This document shows positions 19,809 to 29,808 of a stretch of 64,000 bases of DNA, piece by piece (within the stretch, counting starts at the first letter, position 1; each line of letters starts with the position of its first letter). Under the pieces are notes generated by a model, which had not been told where the DNA came from, searched no databases, and saw nothing but the letters and a program-made list of their open reading frames with translations. Origin of the DNA: an uncultured Alphaproteobacteria bacterium (GTDB taxonomy: Bacteria; Pseudomonadota; Alphaproteobacteria; ATCC43930; CGMCC-115725); contig CAWCIL010000007.1 in NCBI GenBank assembly GCA_963795485.1, forward strand, positions 275,066-339,065, in the 5' to 3' direction. The position numbers and the translations under genes were made by a program.

Positions 19809-21109
19809 CTGCCATACCCGCCGTCGTGCGCATCCCCAGGGTTCGGTGGGGCATCGGAGTTTTGCTGGGGGCCGGCGTGCTGGTCAATTATTTCGACCGG
19901 ATCAACCTCTCCGTTGGCGGACCTCAGTTACAGCAGGAATTTGGTCTGACCAATAGTGACCTGGGCTGGCTATTCAGCGCGCTTTTCTGGCCTTATGCCC
20001 TGCTGCAAATCCCCACGGGAATGATTCTCGACCGCTTCGGCGTTACTTTGGTCAATCGAGTAAGCACATTTTTCTGGTCGGTCGCGTCTATCGTGACTGC
20101 CTTCGCCGGCGGGTTCGGCAGCATTCTGGCAGTGCGCATTTTGCTGGGCGCCGCGGAAGCACCGAGCTTCCCGGCAAGTTCGAAGGCCACGGGCTATTGG
20201 TTCCCCCGCGGTGAGCGGTCGCTGGCGACAGCAATCTTCGACGCCGCGGCAAAGTTCGCCAACGTCATCGGCATTCCGTTGGTGGCGCTCGTGGTCGTTC
20301 GTTTCGGCTGGCGGTGGGGCTTCGGCATGACCGGACTCCTGAGTTTCCTTTATTTTCTTGCCTTCCTGCTCGTCTATCGAGATCCGAGCAAACATCCGCG
20401 GCTGAGTCCGGAAGAGCGCGAATATATCCGCGCAGGGGGCGCCACGGCAGAAGGCCCCTCGCATAGCGGAGAAGTCGCGATGCTCGGCTATCTCCTGCGC
20501 AATCGGAAGGTATGGGGACTGACCATCGGCTTCGCGGCCTACGGTTATTCGTTTTACCTGTTCCTGACGTGGCTGCCGAACTACCTGGAGCAGTCGATGC
20601 ACATGAGCGTCCTGAAATCCGCCGGATATGCGGCGGTCCCCTGGATGTGCGCCACGGTCGCGGATCTCGTGGTCGGTGGCTGGCTGATCGACCACTTGAT
20701 TAGGCGGGGTTATGGCGAGACGCCCGTGCGCAAGACCGTGCTGGTGTTGGGCATGCTGCTCGGCCTTGCGGTGTTCGGAGCCACGCTCACGACCAATCCG
20801 GCTTGGGCGATCCTTTGGATCTCGGTGGCATTGAGCGGGTTGGCGGCGGCGGCGCCGGTCGGCTGGTCGATACCGTCCTTAATCGCGCCGCGCGGCGGCA
20901 CCGCCACCATCGGCGGAATCATGAATTTTTTGAACAACATGATGGGAGTCGTGGCGCCGGTGACGACGGGTTACGTTGTCGGGGCGACGGGTTCCTTCGC
21001 TGGCGCGTTCCTGGTGGCGGGCCTCATACTGGTCATCGGCATTGTCGCGTACGTCTTTATCCTGGGTCAGCTCGAGCCGATCCCCGACCCACCTGTCGCG
21101 GTTGCTTGA
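19805..21109 (+). CDS. MFS transporter (anion:cation symporter/sugar-acid type)
   Basis: 434 aa, 12 predicted TM segments; start overlaps the gntK stop (ATGA). Confidence 0.85.
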   Translation: MTAIPAVVRIPRVRWGIGVLLGAGVLVNYFDRINLSVGGPQLQQEFGLTNSDLGWLFSALFWPYALLQIPTGMILDRFGVTLVNRVSTFFWSVASIVTAFAGGFGSILAVRILLGAAEAPSFPASSKATGYWFPRGERSLATAIFDAAAKFANVIGIPLVALVVVRFGWRWGFGMTGLLSFLYFLAFLLVYRDPSKHPRLSPEEREYIRAGGATAEGPSHSGEVAMLGYLLRNRKVWGLTIGFAAYGYSFYLFLTWLPNYLEQSMHMSVLKSAGYAAVPWMCATVADLVVGGWLIDHLIRRGYGETPVRKTVLVLGMLLGLAVFGATLTTNPAWAILWISVALSGLAAAAPVGWSIPSLIAPRGGTATIGGIMNFLNNMMGVVAPVTTGYVVGATGSFAGAFLVAGLILVIGIVAYVFILGQLEPIPDPPVAVA

Positions 21110-21633
21110 CCCAGCGCTTTCCCCCCGGAACACCCGCGCTCAACTCCCGTGCGGGCCAGCCTTTCGCCCGGAGCCCCCGCTGCTGCTCGGATGACCGTTA
21201 TGGGGCACGAAGACCAGTTCCTGCCGCCGAGGCTGAGCGCCCGCTCTGTGCCCAGAAAGCAGACCAGCGCCGCGACCTGAGGCAATGGGCGGGACGCGCC
21301 GTACTGACCCTTCGTCGAAGGCCAGGTGTCGGCCGGTCGCGGATGCGAAGCGGCCGCTGACTGCTTGCATCGGTAGCCTGTCACTTTTGTATCGGGGCCC
21401 TTGGGCGCCGATGCAACGAGCACCACACGACAACGTGACGTCAGTACGTCTTGGCGTCAAATACCCAACTCCTATTTTCCGGAAGCATGGCGGCGTCGGC
21501 CGATCCCTATCGAGCGGAAATGCCGCTGTTTTCCGGATCACCACAACCGAGAAAACCATGAGCTACATCCGCATATGGTCGCCAATGTGGCGCGACCTCC
21601 CATCGATCTGATCAGCAAATCTCCGCTCGCCGT

Positions 21634-22093
21634 TTGGCCCCGATCCCACTACGGCTGATCGTCGGTTACGGCTTCATGGAGCATGGCGTCGCCAAGTTGG
21701 CCAGGGGCCCCGATGCGTTCCCCATAATTTTGCAGGCGCTTGGCGTGCCCCCGCCACATCTCATGGGATGGCTCACTATCTTGGTTGAGGGTATTCGGCG
21801 GTCTGGCCGTACTTCTCGGTGCGACGGTGCCGCTCGCGAGCATACCGATGGCGGCGGTTCTGCTGGTTGCCATTTTTACCGTGCATCTGCCATACGGCTT
21901 CAGCTCGATCAAGCTCCAGGCTGTGACGACGGCCGGCGCACAGTTTCGGCCGCCCGGCTTTGAAACCGATCTCCTTTATCTCGCCTGCCTTGCGGCTTTC
22001 GTCTTGGGAGGCTCAGGACCATTGGCGATCGAGGGCTTGCTGACAAAGCGCAGAGATCACGCCTCCTTCGATGCAAACCGGGGAACTAAGTGA
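21634..22093 (+). pseudogene. DoxX-family membrane protein with a 1-nt frameshift near 21790
   Basis: PLRLIVGYGFMEHGVAKL...WLTILVE then a frame change to VFGGLAVLLGATVPLASIPMAAVLLVAIFTVHLPYGF... There is an extra G in the gaggg run. Confidence 0.75.
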
Positions 22094-22353
22094 ATGAAAA
22101 GAGGTCATCCCCGTTCGGGAGCGCACCAGACCAGGATCGGCTTGGGTTAAGGTGGCCTTTCGGGCACGAAGAGCAGTCCCAGTCGCCAAGGCATCGGCTT
22201 GCCGGATCAATAAGCCGACCGTGCCCGGGAGCTCGGCAACGGGTCGGATGCGCCGCAAGCTGACCTCTGCGATCACAGGTGCCTTGTTACCGGTACACCG
22301 TGACGAGGTGTGCTGGCAGTACCCAACCCGCTGGTCCTCACCCGCGTCGTCGA

Positions 22354-23040
22354 TCAGAAAGGCAAGACGACAGCAGCCAGCCCGCCGACCACGCCGATAG
22401 CCACGATCCCTACGGCTACGGTCGCGAGCAGCCGAAGACGAAAGGCGCCCCCGACCATGGCAAGCGAGGCCACGCTTATCGGCGGCAACACCACCAGCAG
22501 CACGCCTGCTGGACCGACCCCTACCCCCAGCGACAGCATTGCTTGAATGATCGGAACCTCTCCGGCCGTGGGGATCACAAACAGCGTGCCGGCGACGGCG
22601 AAGGCAAGGATCCACCCGAGGCTTTCGCCGACTTCCGGGCCCACATGGGGAAAGAGCCAGGCGCGCGCCGCGCCGAGCAGCAGCACGAGCACGATGTATT
22701 CGGGGATCAGCCACAGGGCCAACCGAGCGAAGATGGTCAGCCATCGTGGTGAACGGGTTGCCCAGCGGTGTCGGCCGCATCTCCGCCAGTTGCCGTTCCA
22801 CGGCGTCCGCTTCTTCGGGCGTGGCCATCCGGTTGGCGATGAGGCCGAGGCCCAGGACCGCAACAATGCCGAGCACGAGCCGCAAGGCGGACCACCGCCA
22901 ACCGAGCACGAAGCCGATAAAGACAAGGGTCGCCGGGTTCAATATCGAGTTGCCCAACCAAAAGGCGATGGCTGCTCCGGCCGAAGCGTTGGCCTTGCGC
23001 TGTCCGCCGCGGTCCGACGCGACGTCATGATGCCGGGTGT
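22354..23040 (-). pseudogene. Predicted permease (DUF318/ArsP_1-like), N-terminally truncated and frameshifted near 22745
   Basis: AGAAIAFWLGNSILNPATLVFIGFVLGW... in one frame continues as LTIFARLALWLIPEYIV...FVIPTAGEVPIIQAMLSLGVGVGPAGVLLVVLPP in another. Similarity stops abruptly at about 23040. Confidence 0.6.
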
Positions 23041-23300
23041 CTGGGGCGCGAGATTGAGGTCTTCTATCCATACCATCCGCTTGCCGGGCAGACCGCGATG
23101 GTCGTCGCCGATCAGATCCATGACGGCTGTCGCCACCTGAACCTTCGATCGGAGGATGGCGCCTCGTTTCTCGTGCCCGCTTGGATGACGCAGGATGAGG
23201 CATCCTGCGTCAAGATCGTTGACGCACCGTGTCTATCCCTCCGCCGGCTCCTTGAGCTGCGAGCGTTTGTAGACTCGGTTTTAGCCTCTCACGCGGGGGA
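23041..23300 (+). CDS. Module-1 ORF-a: small protein with YPYHPLAGQ...VPAWMT motif (DUF5372-like by recollection)
   Basis: VFYPYHPLAGQTAMVVADQIHDGCRHLNLRSEDGASFLVPAWMTQDEASCVKIVDAPCLSLRRLLELRAFVD is paralogous to ORF-a of module 2. The start codon is unresolved, and the frame stays open to 23505 where its TGA overlaps the recombinase ATG. Confidence 0.45.
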
Positions 23301-23326
23301 AGAGGTCCCCGGTAAAGGAGGCGTCG

Positions 23327-23521
23327 ATGATGATGCGTCGGATATTCCCGCAACCGGATTTGTTCGAGACTCCGCCGCCGCGGATGGTGCTCGCTCCGGC
23401 GGAGCGGACGAAGTTGATCGATCAGCTGCGGGTGTTGCTGATGGAGGCGATGGCGACACCGCACGCCGCCGGCGGCACCCAGGATCAATGGGAGGCGGGC
23501 GATGACGAAGATCACGCCTGA
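23327..23521 (+). CDS. Module-1 ORF-b: 64-aa protein with strong RBS, overlapping the recombinase start
   Basis: AAAGGAGG lies 6 nt upstream of ATG 23327. MMMRRIFPQPDLFETPPPRMVLAPAERTKLIDQLRVLLMEAMA is paralogous to the frameshifted ORF-b in module 2. Confidence 0.5.
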   Translation: MMMRRIFPQPDLFETPPPRMVLAPAERTKLIDQLRVLLMEAMATPHAAGGTQDQWEAGDDEDHA

Positions 23522-25562
23522 CCATCTGGCGAGAGGCGCCTTCGTTTACGTACGTCAGTCGACGGCCATGCAAGTCGCCCATAACTTAGAGAGCCAGCGA
23601 CGGCAGTACGGCTTGGCGGACCGCGCCCGCCAACTGGGGTGGCAGGATGTCGAGGTGATCGACGATGACCTCGGCCGATCCGGAGGTGGCGCCAGAAGGC
23701 CAGGCTTCGAGCGGCTGCTTGCCGCCATCTGCGAGGGCCGCGTCGGCGCGGTGATGTCTGTGGAGGCCTCCCGGTTGGCCCGGAACGGGCGCGATTGGCA
23801 TACGCTGCTGGAGTTCTGTGGCCTGGTCGGCACCGTGATCATCGATGAAGATGGCGTCTACGATCCAGCGTCTCCCAATGATCGGCTCCTGCTTGGCATG
23901 AAGGGCACGATGAGCGAGATGGAGCTGTCTGTCTTCCGCCAACGCTCTATCGAGGCGATGAAGCAGAAGGCGGGCCGAGGCGAGCTCTTTCTGACCGTCG
24001 CCGTGGGCTACGTGAAGGGCGGCCGTGACAACATCGAGAAGGATCCGGACCGGCGGGTGCAGGAAGCCGTCGCCCTGGTGTTTCGCAAGTTCACGGAACT
24101 GCAGACGATCAGGCAGGTCCTGGTGTGGCTCCGGCAGGAGAAGATACCGCTACCGGTCCTGACCGTCGGCGACGCGGCGGATCGGGTTATCTGGCGAGCC
24201 CCGGTATATCCGACGGTCCATCACATCCTGACCAACCCGGTCTACGCTGGTGCATATGCCTTCGGCCGCAGGACCATGCGCCTCGTCATCGAGAACGGGC
24301 GCAAGCGCATCATTCGGAGCATGCAACGCGACTGGCGTAGCTGGAGTGTTTTGATCCAGGATCACCATGAGGATTACATTCCCTGGGTCGAGTTCGAGAG
24401 GAATCAGCACCTGATCGCCGACAACGCGAACGGCAAGCGGTTCATGAGCCGCGGCGCCATCCGCCGCGGCGAGGCTCTGCTGGCTGGTCTCCTGCGCTGC
24501 GCGCGGTGTGGGCGGAAGCTTCATGTCCGTTACAGCGATGGAGCGCCGCGCTACCAATGCGTCGGCGCTTTCAATCATCTCGCCGCGGCGCGGTGCATAA
24601 TTTTCAGCGGGGCGCGCCCCGACCGGATGGTGTCCAAGGAGGTGCTCGACCGCCTTCAGCCCATCGGCGTGGAAGCGGCCCTTGCGGGGATCGACGCCCG
24701 CAGCCAGAAGGGCTCGGAGAAGCGAGACCAGCTCGAGTTCGCTCTGCGCCAGGCGCGCTACGAGGCAGCTCGCGCGCAGCGCCAGTATGACGCCATCGAT
24801 CCGGACAACCGGCTTGTGGCCGGAGAGCTGGAGCGTCGGTGGAACCAGCGCCTTGTCGCGGTGCGCAACCTTGAGGTTGAAGTTGATCAGCTCGACGCCG
24901 GAACGGAGCAGGCTCTCACCAGCGTCGACCGGGAACGTCTCATGGCTCTTGGGCGAGACCTGACCATAGCCTGGGATAGCCCTGGAGCCACGCCGGAGAC
25001 GCGCAAGAAGATCATCCGCACCGTCATTTCGGAGATCATCGTCGATGTCGTTGGCGACATGCTAGAGTTGGTCATTCACTGGCAAGGCGGCGATCACACC
25101 GCTCTGACGGTGAAGAAGAACCGCAATGGCCGGACGGACTGGTGCACCGACGACGATATCGTTGATCTCGTGCGCGCCTTGGCGCGCCACATGCCCGACC
25201 AGACGATCGCCGCCGTACTCAATCGACTAGGCAAGTCGACCAGCCACGGCCACAGCTGGATCCGCGGCAGCGTCTGCTCCCTACGGCATCAGAATGACGT
25301 CGCCATCCACCGACCGGGAGAACGCGCCGAGCGCGGTGAGGCGACGATCAACGAGGCCGCGGTGGCCCTGGACATCAGCACGACTACCATTCGTCGTCTG
25401 ATCGCGAGCGGCGCTCTGCCCGCGACCCAACCGTGCAAGGGCGCGCCTTGGATCATCCGGCAAGCTGACCTGGCATGCGCATCCGTTCGTAATGAAGCAA
25501 GCGCGCGCCGGTCACGACGCCCGTCGCCTGATGATCGCCAACAAAATATCCTGTTTTTATAA
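23502..25562 (+). CDS. Large serine recombinase (resolvase catalytic domain, recombinase domain, Zn ribbon, coiled coil, C-terminal HTH), intact
   Basis: YVRQSTAMQ...SVEASRLARNGRDWHTLLEFC; CARCGRKLHVRYSDGAPRYQC; C-terminal EAAVALDISTTTIRRLIASGALPA. 686 aa with no disruptions. Confidence 0.92.
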   Translation: MTKITPDHLARGAFVYVRQSTAMQVAHNLESQRRQYGLADRARQLGWQDVEVIDDDLGRSGGGARRPGFERLLAAICEGRVGAVMSVEASRLARNGRDWHTLLEFCGLVGTVIIDEDGVYDPASPNDRLLLGMKGTMSEMELSVFRQRSIEAMKQKAGRGELFLTVAVGYVKGGRDNIEKDPDRRVQEAVALVFRKFTELQTIRQVLVWLRQEKIPLPVLTVGDAADRVIWRAPVYPTVHHILTNPVYAGAYAFGRRTMRLVIENGRKRIIRSMQRDWRSWSVLIQDHHEDYIPWVEFERNQHLIADNANGKRFMSRGAIRRGEALLAGLLRCARCGRKLHVRYSDGAPRYQCVGAFNHLAAARCIIFSGARPDRMVSKEVLDRLQPIGVEAALAGIDARSQKGSEKRDQLEFALRQARYEAARAQRQYDAIDPDNRLVAGELERRWNQRLVAVRNLEVEVDQLDAGTEQALTSVDRERLMALGRDLTIAWDSPGATPETRKKIIRTVISEIIVDVVGDMLELVIHWQGGDHTALTVKKNRNGRTDWCTDDDIVDLVRALARHMPDQTIAAVLNRLGKSTSHGHSWIRGSVCSLRHQNDVAIHRPGERAERGEATINEAAVALDISTTTIRRLIASGALPATQPCKGAPWIIRQADLACASVRNEASARRSRRPSPDDRQQNILFL

Positions 25563-26019
25563 GGACATGATGAGATGAGCAGTATGAAGCGCCCTCGTCG
25601 GAGCCGGCGAACAACCATGATTTTCTGCCAAGGGCAATGCCACGCAATGCGCGTTCGGCGGCGTTGTTCGAGAGGCAGATGCGGCCGTCTTCGAGGAACC
25701 GGGTGAACGCCGGCCAGCGCTTGAGCATGTAATCCATCGCCTTGGCGAGATCATTGCCGCGCGAGAGCTTGGGCCGCTGCTCGCGCAGCCAGCGCTCCAG
25801 ATCGGCGACCAGCGGCGCGCTCAATTCCTGCCGGACAGCCCGACGCCGCTCGGCGCTCTGGCCATTGATCGCGCGTTCGATCCCGAACAGGGCGTCGATG
25901 CGCCGGACCGCTTCCAGCGCCAGCGGCGAGATCACGCCGGTGGTTTTGCCTTGCGCCGTGCGGCGGGCATTGGCGGTGAGATCGGCCATTTGGAAGAACG
26001 GTCGGCGGGCATGCGCCCA

Positions 26020-28035
26020 GCTTGCGTCAGGACAAGTCCTGGAAAGGGGGATGGATGTGACCTGAAACCTTTCATCGTGACCCAGAGGGTTCGACGCCCT
26101 CCCGGCAAAGGTGGAGGCCGCCGGCCGGAAGCGAGTTCTTGCATGGGTGACGGCAACGCCGCTCGTGAAGCGTAGACAGCGGGTACTGAAGCCCTGTGGC
26201 AGCCTCGAAATCATGGAACGCCGAAGCCTTCGCCGTGTTGGGCGCGGGGGCAGCACCGGGAAATCCGCGATGGCCAGGATGACCGGTTCGGCCGGGGTCT
26301 GGGAGCAGGGCAAAGGTACGGGACGGGTCACCAGGGAACCTGAGAGATCCCGCTTGTGTCCGTGTGGAAGCGGCCGGTCCCGGAGCGCCGGCTGAACAAC
26401 GCTCCTGGCCTGACGATGCGCTTGGGCATCATCGGGAGCGCATCCGCGAACACGAACAGCCAAGCACCCACGGAATTCCGAGGCGAAACCATAAGCCGAG
26501 GGACGTGCACGGCGGGATGTCGTAGCGGCTTCGTAGTACCGAGGAAGGCGGGGAACCGGGCTCACCGGGACCCGCTGGAGGAAAGGGGGCCGCCGCGCGC
26601 ATAGACCCATTGACGAGAAACACGGGAGGGAACTCTGAGTCCCATAAACCTGTCCACGAAACGACAATGGATAGCCGATCTGGCGAGGGAACATCCTGAG
26701 CGGGTGCTGACCTCGCTGCATCACCTGATCGACCGCGAATGGATGATGGAAGCCTATCGCCTGACGCGCAAGGATGGCGCGCCGGGCATCGACGGCATGA
26801 CGGCGGCGGATTATGAGGCGGACCTCGAGGCCAATCTTGACGACCTCCTGACGCGCATCAAATCCGGCCGCTACATCGCGCCGCCGGTGCGGCGGCACTA
26901 CATCCCGAAGGCAGACGGGACGAAACGGCCACTGGGCATCCCGACGCTGGAAGACAAGGTGGCGCAGCGGGCGATCCTGCTGCTGTTGGAGCCGATCTAC
27001 GAAACGGACTTCTTGCCTTGCTCGTACGGCTTCCGACCGGGACGGTCGGCCCATGACGCCCTTCACGCCCTGCGCGTCGGGTTCATGGAACAGGGGCTGC
27101 GCTGGGTGGTGGATGTCGATATCTCCAAATACTTCGACACCATCGACCACGCGCACCTGCGCCAATTCCTCGACCAGCGAGTGACGGACGGCGTCGTCCG
27201 GAAGATGATCGACAAATGGCTGAAAGCGGGGGTGCTCGAAAAGGGCGTCCTCCGCCGCACGACTGGCGGAACGCCCCAAGGGGGCGTGATCTCGCCGCTG
27301 CTCGCGAATATTTATCTGCACTACGTGCTGGATGAGTGGTTCGAGGGGACGGCGCGGCCACGGCTCAAAGGGCAATGCCAACTGATCCGATATGCAGATG
27401 ATGCTGTGATGGCCTTCGAGGACCACCTGTCCGGCAAGCGAATGCTGGACGTGCTGGGCAAGCGCCTTGGCCGGTATGGGCTTCGGCTCCATCCGATCAA
27501 GACCCGCTTCGTAGACTTCCGGTTCAAACGCCCTGACGGGCGCCATCCCGCAACGATGGGAACGACGTTCGACTTCCTTGGATTCACCCACGTGTGGGGC
27601 AAGTCCCGGAATGGCAAGAACGTAGTTCGGCAAATAACGGCGAAAGACCGGTACGCACGCGCGCTGGCTTCCGTGACGGAGTGGTGTCGGCGAAACCTGC
27701 ACCGCCCGTTCAGGGATCAGCATGCCCATCTGACGCGGATGATCCGGGGACACTGCGCCTACTATGGCATCACGGGAAACAGCCGGCGGATCAGCTGGTA
27801 CCACCACCAGCTCTTGCGGATATGGAAGAAATGGCTCGCTCGGCGCGGGCGTCACAGCAATCTGCCGTGGCCGCGCTTCAAAGCCATGCTCACACGGTAT
27901 CCCTTGCCGCCAGCCTTGATCGTCCACCAGTACAACGTCGCCTGAGCGAACCTTGCGCGCGAAGAACCGGATGCGGGTAATCCGCACGTCCGGGTCTGTG
28001 AGGGGCGGGGATGGCAACACCCCCGCCTACTCGGC
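26020..28035 (+). mobile_element. Group II intron (about 2.0 kb) inserted antisense into IS66 tnpC
   Basis: RT/maturase ORF, a domain V-like hairpin at 27964-27996 and a domain VI-like hairpin at 28003-28033. The insertion is delimited to +/-2 nt by the split Cys-Trp codons of tnpC (ITEAAC|WAHARR). Confidence 0.85.
26704..27945 (+). CDS. Group II intron reverse transcriptase/maturase (no endonuclease domain evident)
   Basis: RT motifs [49 protein letters not shown]/maturase region [12 protein letters not shown]. The true start is probably upstream (about 26634, non-ATG). Confidence 0.9.
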   Translation: MLTSLHHLIDREWMMEAYRLTRKDGAPGIDGMTAADYEADLEANLDDLLTRIKSGRYIAPPVRRHYIPKADGTKRPLGIPTLEDKVAQRAILLLLEPIYETDFLPCSYGFRPGRSAHDALHALRVGFMEQGLRWVVDVDISKYFDTIDHAHLRQFLDQRVTDGVVRKMIDKWLKAGVLEKGVLRRTTGGTPQGGVISPLLANIYLHYVLDEWFEGTARPRLKGQCQLIRYADDAVMAFEDHLSGKRMLDVLGKRLGRYGLRLHPIKTRFVDFRFKRPDGRHPATMGTTFDFLGFTHVWGKSRNGKNVVRQITAKDRYARALASVTEWCRRNLHRPFRDQHAHLTRMIRGHCAYYGITGNSRRISWYHHQLLRIWKKWLARRGRHSNLPWPRFKAMLTRYPLPPALIVHQYNVA

Positions 28036-29120
28036 AGGCCGCCTCGGTGATCCGGTTGCCGGCGAACAGCTCATTGAAGCCGGCATAACCGTCGGCGTGG
28101 ATGATGCCGCGGAAGTCCTTCAGATGCTCCTTCGGGTGCTCGCCCTTGCGGTCCGGCGAATAGAAGAACAGCGCCGCCGGCGGGCGTGCGCCGGCAAACG
28201 GCCGCTCGTCGCGGACATAGAGCCTGCCCTCGCGAAGGCGGGGGTCCACAACCTTCCGGTCTTGGTCTTGCCGGTGCCCGGCGCCAACACCGGCACCGGC
28301 GTGTCGTCGACATGCAGCACCTCCGAGCCCATCACCTCGGCGGCGAGCGCGTCGACCAGCGGCGCCAACGCCGCCGCGGTCGCCCCGACCCAACCGGACA
28401 GCGTCGAGGTTTCCAGGGTGATGCCCTCGCGGGCGAAGATCTCGGCCTGGCGATAGAGCGGCAGATGATCGTCGTACTTCGATACCATGATATGGGCGAG
28501 CAGCCCCGGCGCGGCGCGGCCGCGGGCGATCGCGTGATCGGGCGCCGGCGCTGCGACCACGGTGTCGCAGGTGCGGCACGACAGCTTCTCGCGGACATGC
28601 CGGATCACCTTGAAGCGGCCGGGCACGTAGTCGAGGGTCTCGGTCACATCCTCGCCGATATGGCGCAACGCGCCGCCGCAGGACGGACAGGCGCCAGGCG
28701 CGTGATGCCTCACTTCTTCGCGCGGCAGGTGATCGGGCAGCGGTCGGCGCGCCGGCTTCTGCGCTTCGACTGCCGCCGCCTCGATCGCCGCCGCCGCCGA
28801 GGGCGAGGCGGCGGCGGTCCGCTCGGCTTGGTCAGTTTCCAGCGTCTCGATCGCCAACTCGAGTTGATCGATCTCGCGGCCCAGCTTCTCCGACGAGCGC
28901 CCGAACTCGGCCCGCCGGTAGCGCGCCAGCTGGAATTTGAGTTTGGCGATCTCGGCTTGCGCCGTCGTCGCGTCACGCGCCATATCGGCGATGATCCGCT
29001 TCAGCGCGGCAATATCGTCGGGCAGGCTCTCGGGTGCGATCGTCACGCCCGCCATTGGACAGGACTGCTGGTGGTCGGGCCCCGCCAAACTGGGGCTGAG
29101 TCAATCGGCCGCAGCCAGGC

Positions 29121-29335
29121 TCACCCGGCCAGCTCGGGCCGCCAGGTTTTCTGCGGCATCCGCCAGTCGATCCCGTCCAGCAGCATCGACAATTGCGCCC
29201 GCGTCAGCACCGCCACGCCCTCATCGGCGCGCGGCCAGACGAATCGGCCTCGCTCCAGCCGCTTGGCGAACAGGCACAGCCCGTCGCCATCCCACCACAG
29301 CAGCTTGATCAGATCGCCGAACCCCACGTCATTCA
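29121..29335 (-). pseudogene. tnpB: IS66 tnpB (Orf2), C-terminal part only
   Basis: GDLIKLLWWDGDGLCLFAKRLERGRFVWPRADEGVAVLTRAQLSMLLDGIDWRMPQKTWRP. The upstream part of the track ORF is not homologous. Confidence 0.8.
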
Positions 29336-29356
29336 GCATACCGATCGCAATTTGTT

Positions 29357-29640
29357 GTGGTCGCGTACCCCTGGCATCCGCTCCACGGCGAGCGCGTTCG
29401 CGTTTACGGCCGGCAGGGGCGTGCCGGCCGTCAGATCCTTTACATCGAGGTCCGGCCGGGTCTGTCGCGCGAGATCCCGGCATGGATGTGCGATGCCGCG
29501 GTGTGTGCGGCGATCACATCGGGCAGCGCGAGGATCGCGATTGATGCGCTGACTGAACTCCGGGCCGTTCTCGACACCCGTTCGGCCGGGCTGTCCTCCG
29601 ACGGATCATTGACCTCCTCGACGGCGAAGGAGGGTTCAGA
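29357..29640 (+). CDS. Module-2 ORF-a (paralogue of 23041-23300)
   Basis: GTG start; VAYPWHPLHGERVRVYGRQGRAGRQILYIEVRPGLSREIPAWMCDAAVCAAITSGSARIAIDALTELRAVLD. Begins about 20 nt from the truncated IS66 tnpB. Confidence 0.45.
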
Positions 29641-29808
29641 TGAGACGTTGCTCTCCGCAATCAACTGGTGCTCGATCTCGATCGCGGCGGAAAACGCCTC
29701 CCGCCGGCAGCGGCGCCGGAGGAGCTGCTCCAGGCTTTGGCCGACCTGCTTCTCGAAGCTCTCGCCAAGCAAAACAATGCGATACCGGCCGAGCGGGAGG
29801 CGCTGTGA
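29640..29808 (+). pseudogene. Module-2 ORF-b, frameshifted after about 7 codons
   Basis: GAAGGAGGG RBS and ATG 29640 (MRRCSPQ, compare MRRIFPQ in module 1). Homology then continues in another frame (LVLDLDRGGKRLPPAAAPEELLQALADLLLEALA...REAL*), with TGA overlapping the recombinase ATG (TGATG). Confidence 0.4.

Larger units (their letters stand above)
25590..29340 (-). mobile_element. IS66-family remnant (partial tnpB plus tnpC), truncated at both ends and split by a group II intron
   Basis: tnpC is read in pieces: MAGVTIAPESLPDDIAALK...HVDDTPVPVLAPGTGKTKTGRLW / YVRDERPFAG...[22 protein letters not shown] | WAHARRPFFQMADL...RICLSNNAAERALRGIALGRKSWLFAGSDEGA. There is an additional frameshift near 28240. 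tnpA, the tnpB N-terminus, the tnpC C-terminus and both IRs are missing. Confidence 0.85.

Noticed and set aside
21110-21633. Overlapping ORFs between the MFS and doxX genes (20803-21360, 21140-21559, 21285-21611)
   Set aside because: No motif, start context or codon bias supports any frame. Phrases such as PLCAQKADQ resemble spurious peptides from alphaproteobacterial intergenic repeats, but I could not define a repeat.
22013-23203. 396-aa minus-strand ORF
   Set aside because: Only its central part (AGAAIAFWLGNSILNP...) is real permease sequence. The rest is out-of-frame read-through across a frameshift and across the junction with the recombinase module.
25453-28020. 855-aa minus-strand ORF, the longest in the track
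   Set aside because: It is a GC-rich shadow frame running antisense through the group II intron. Only its extreme C-terminal part (WAHARRPFF...) is real IS66 TnpC sequence.
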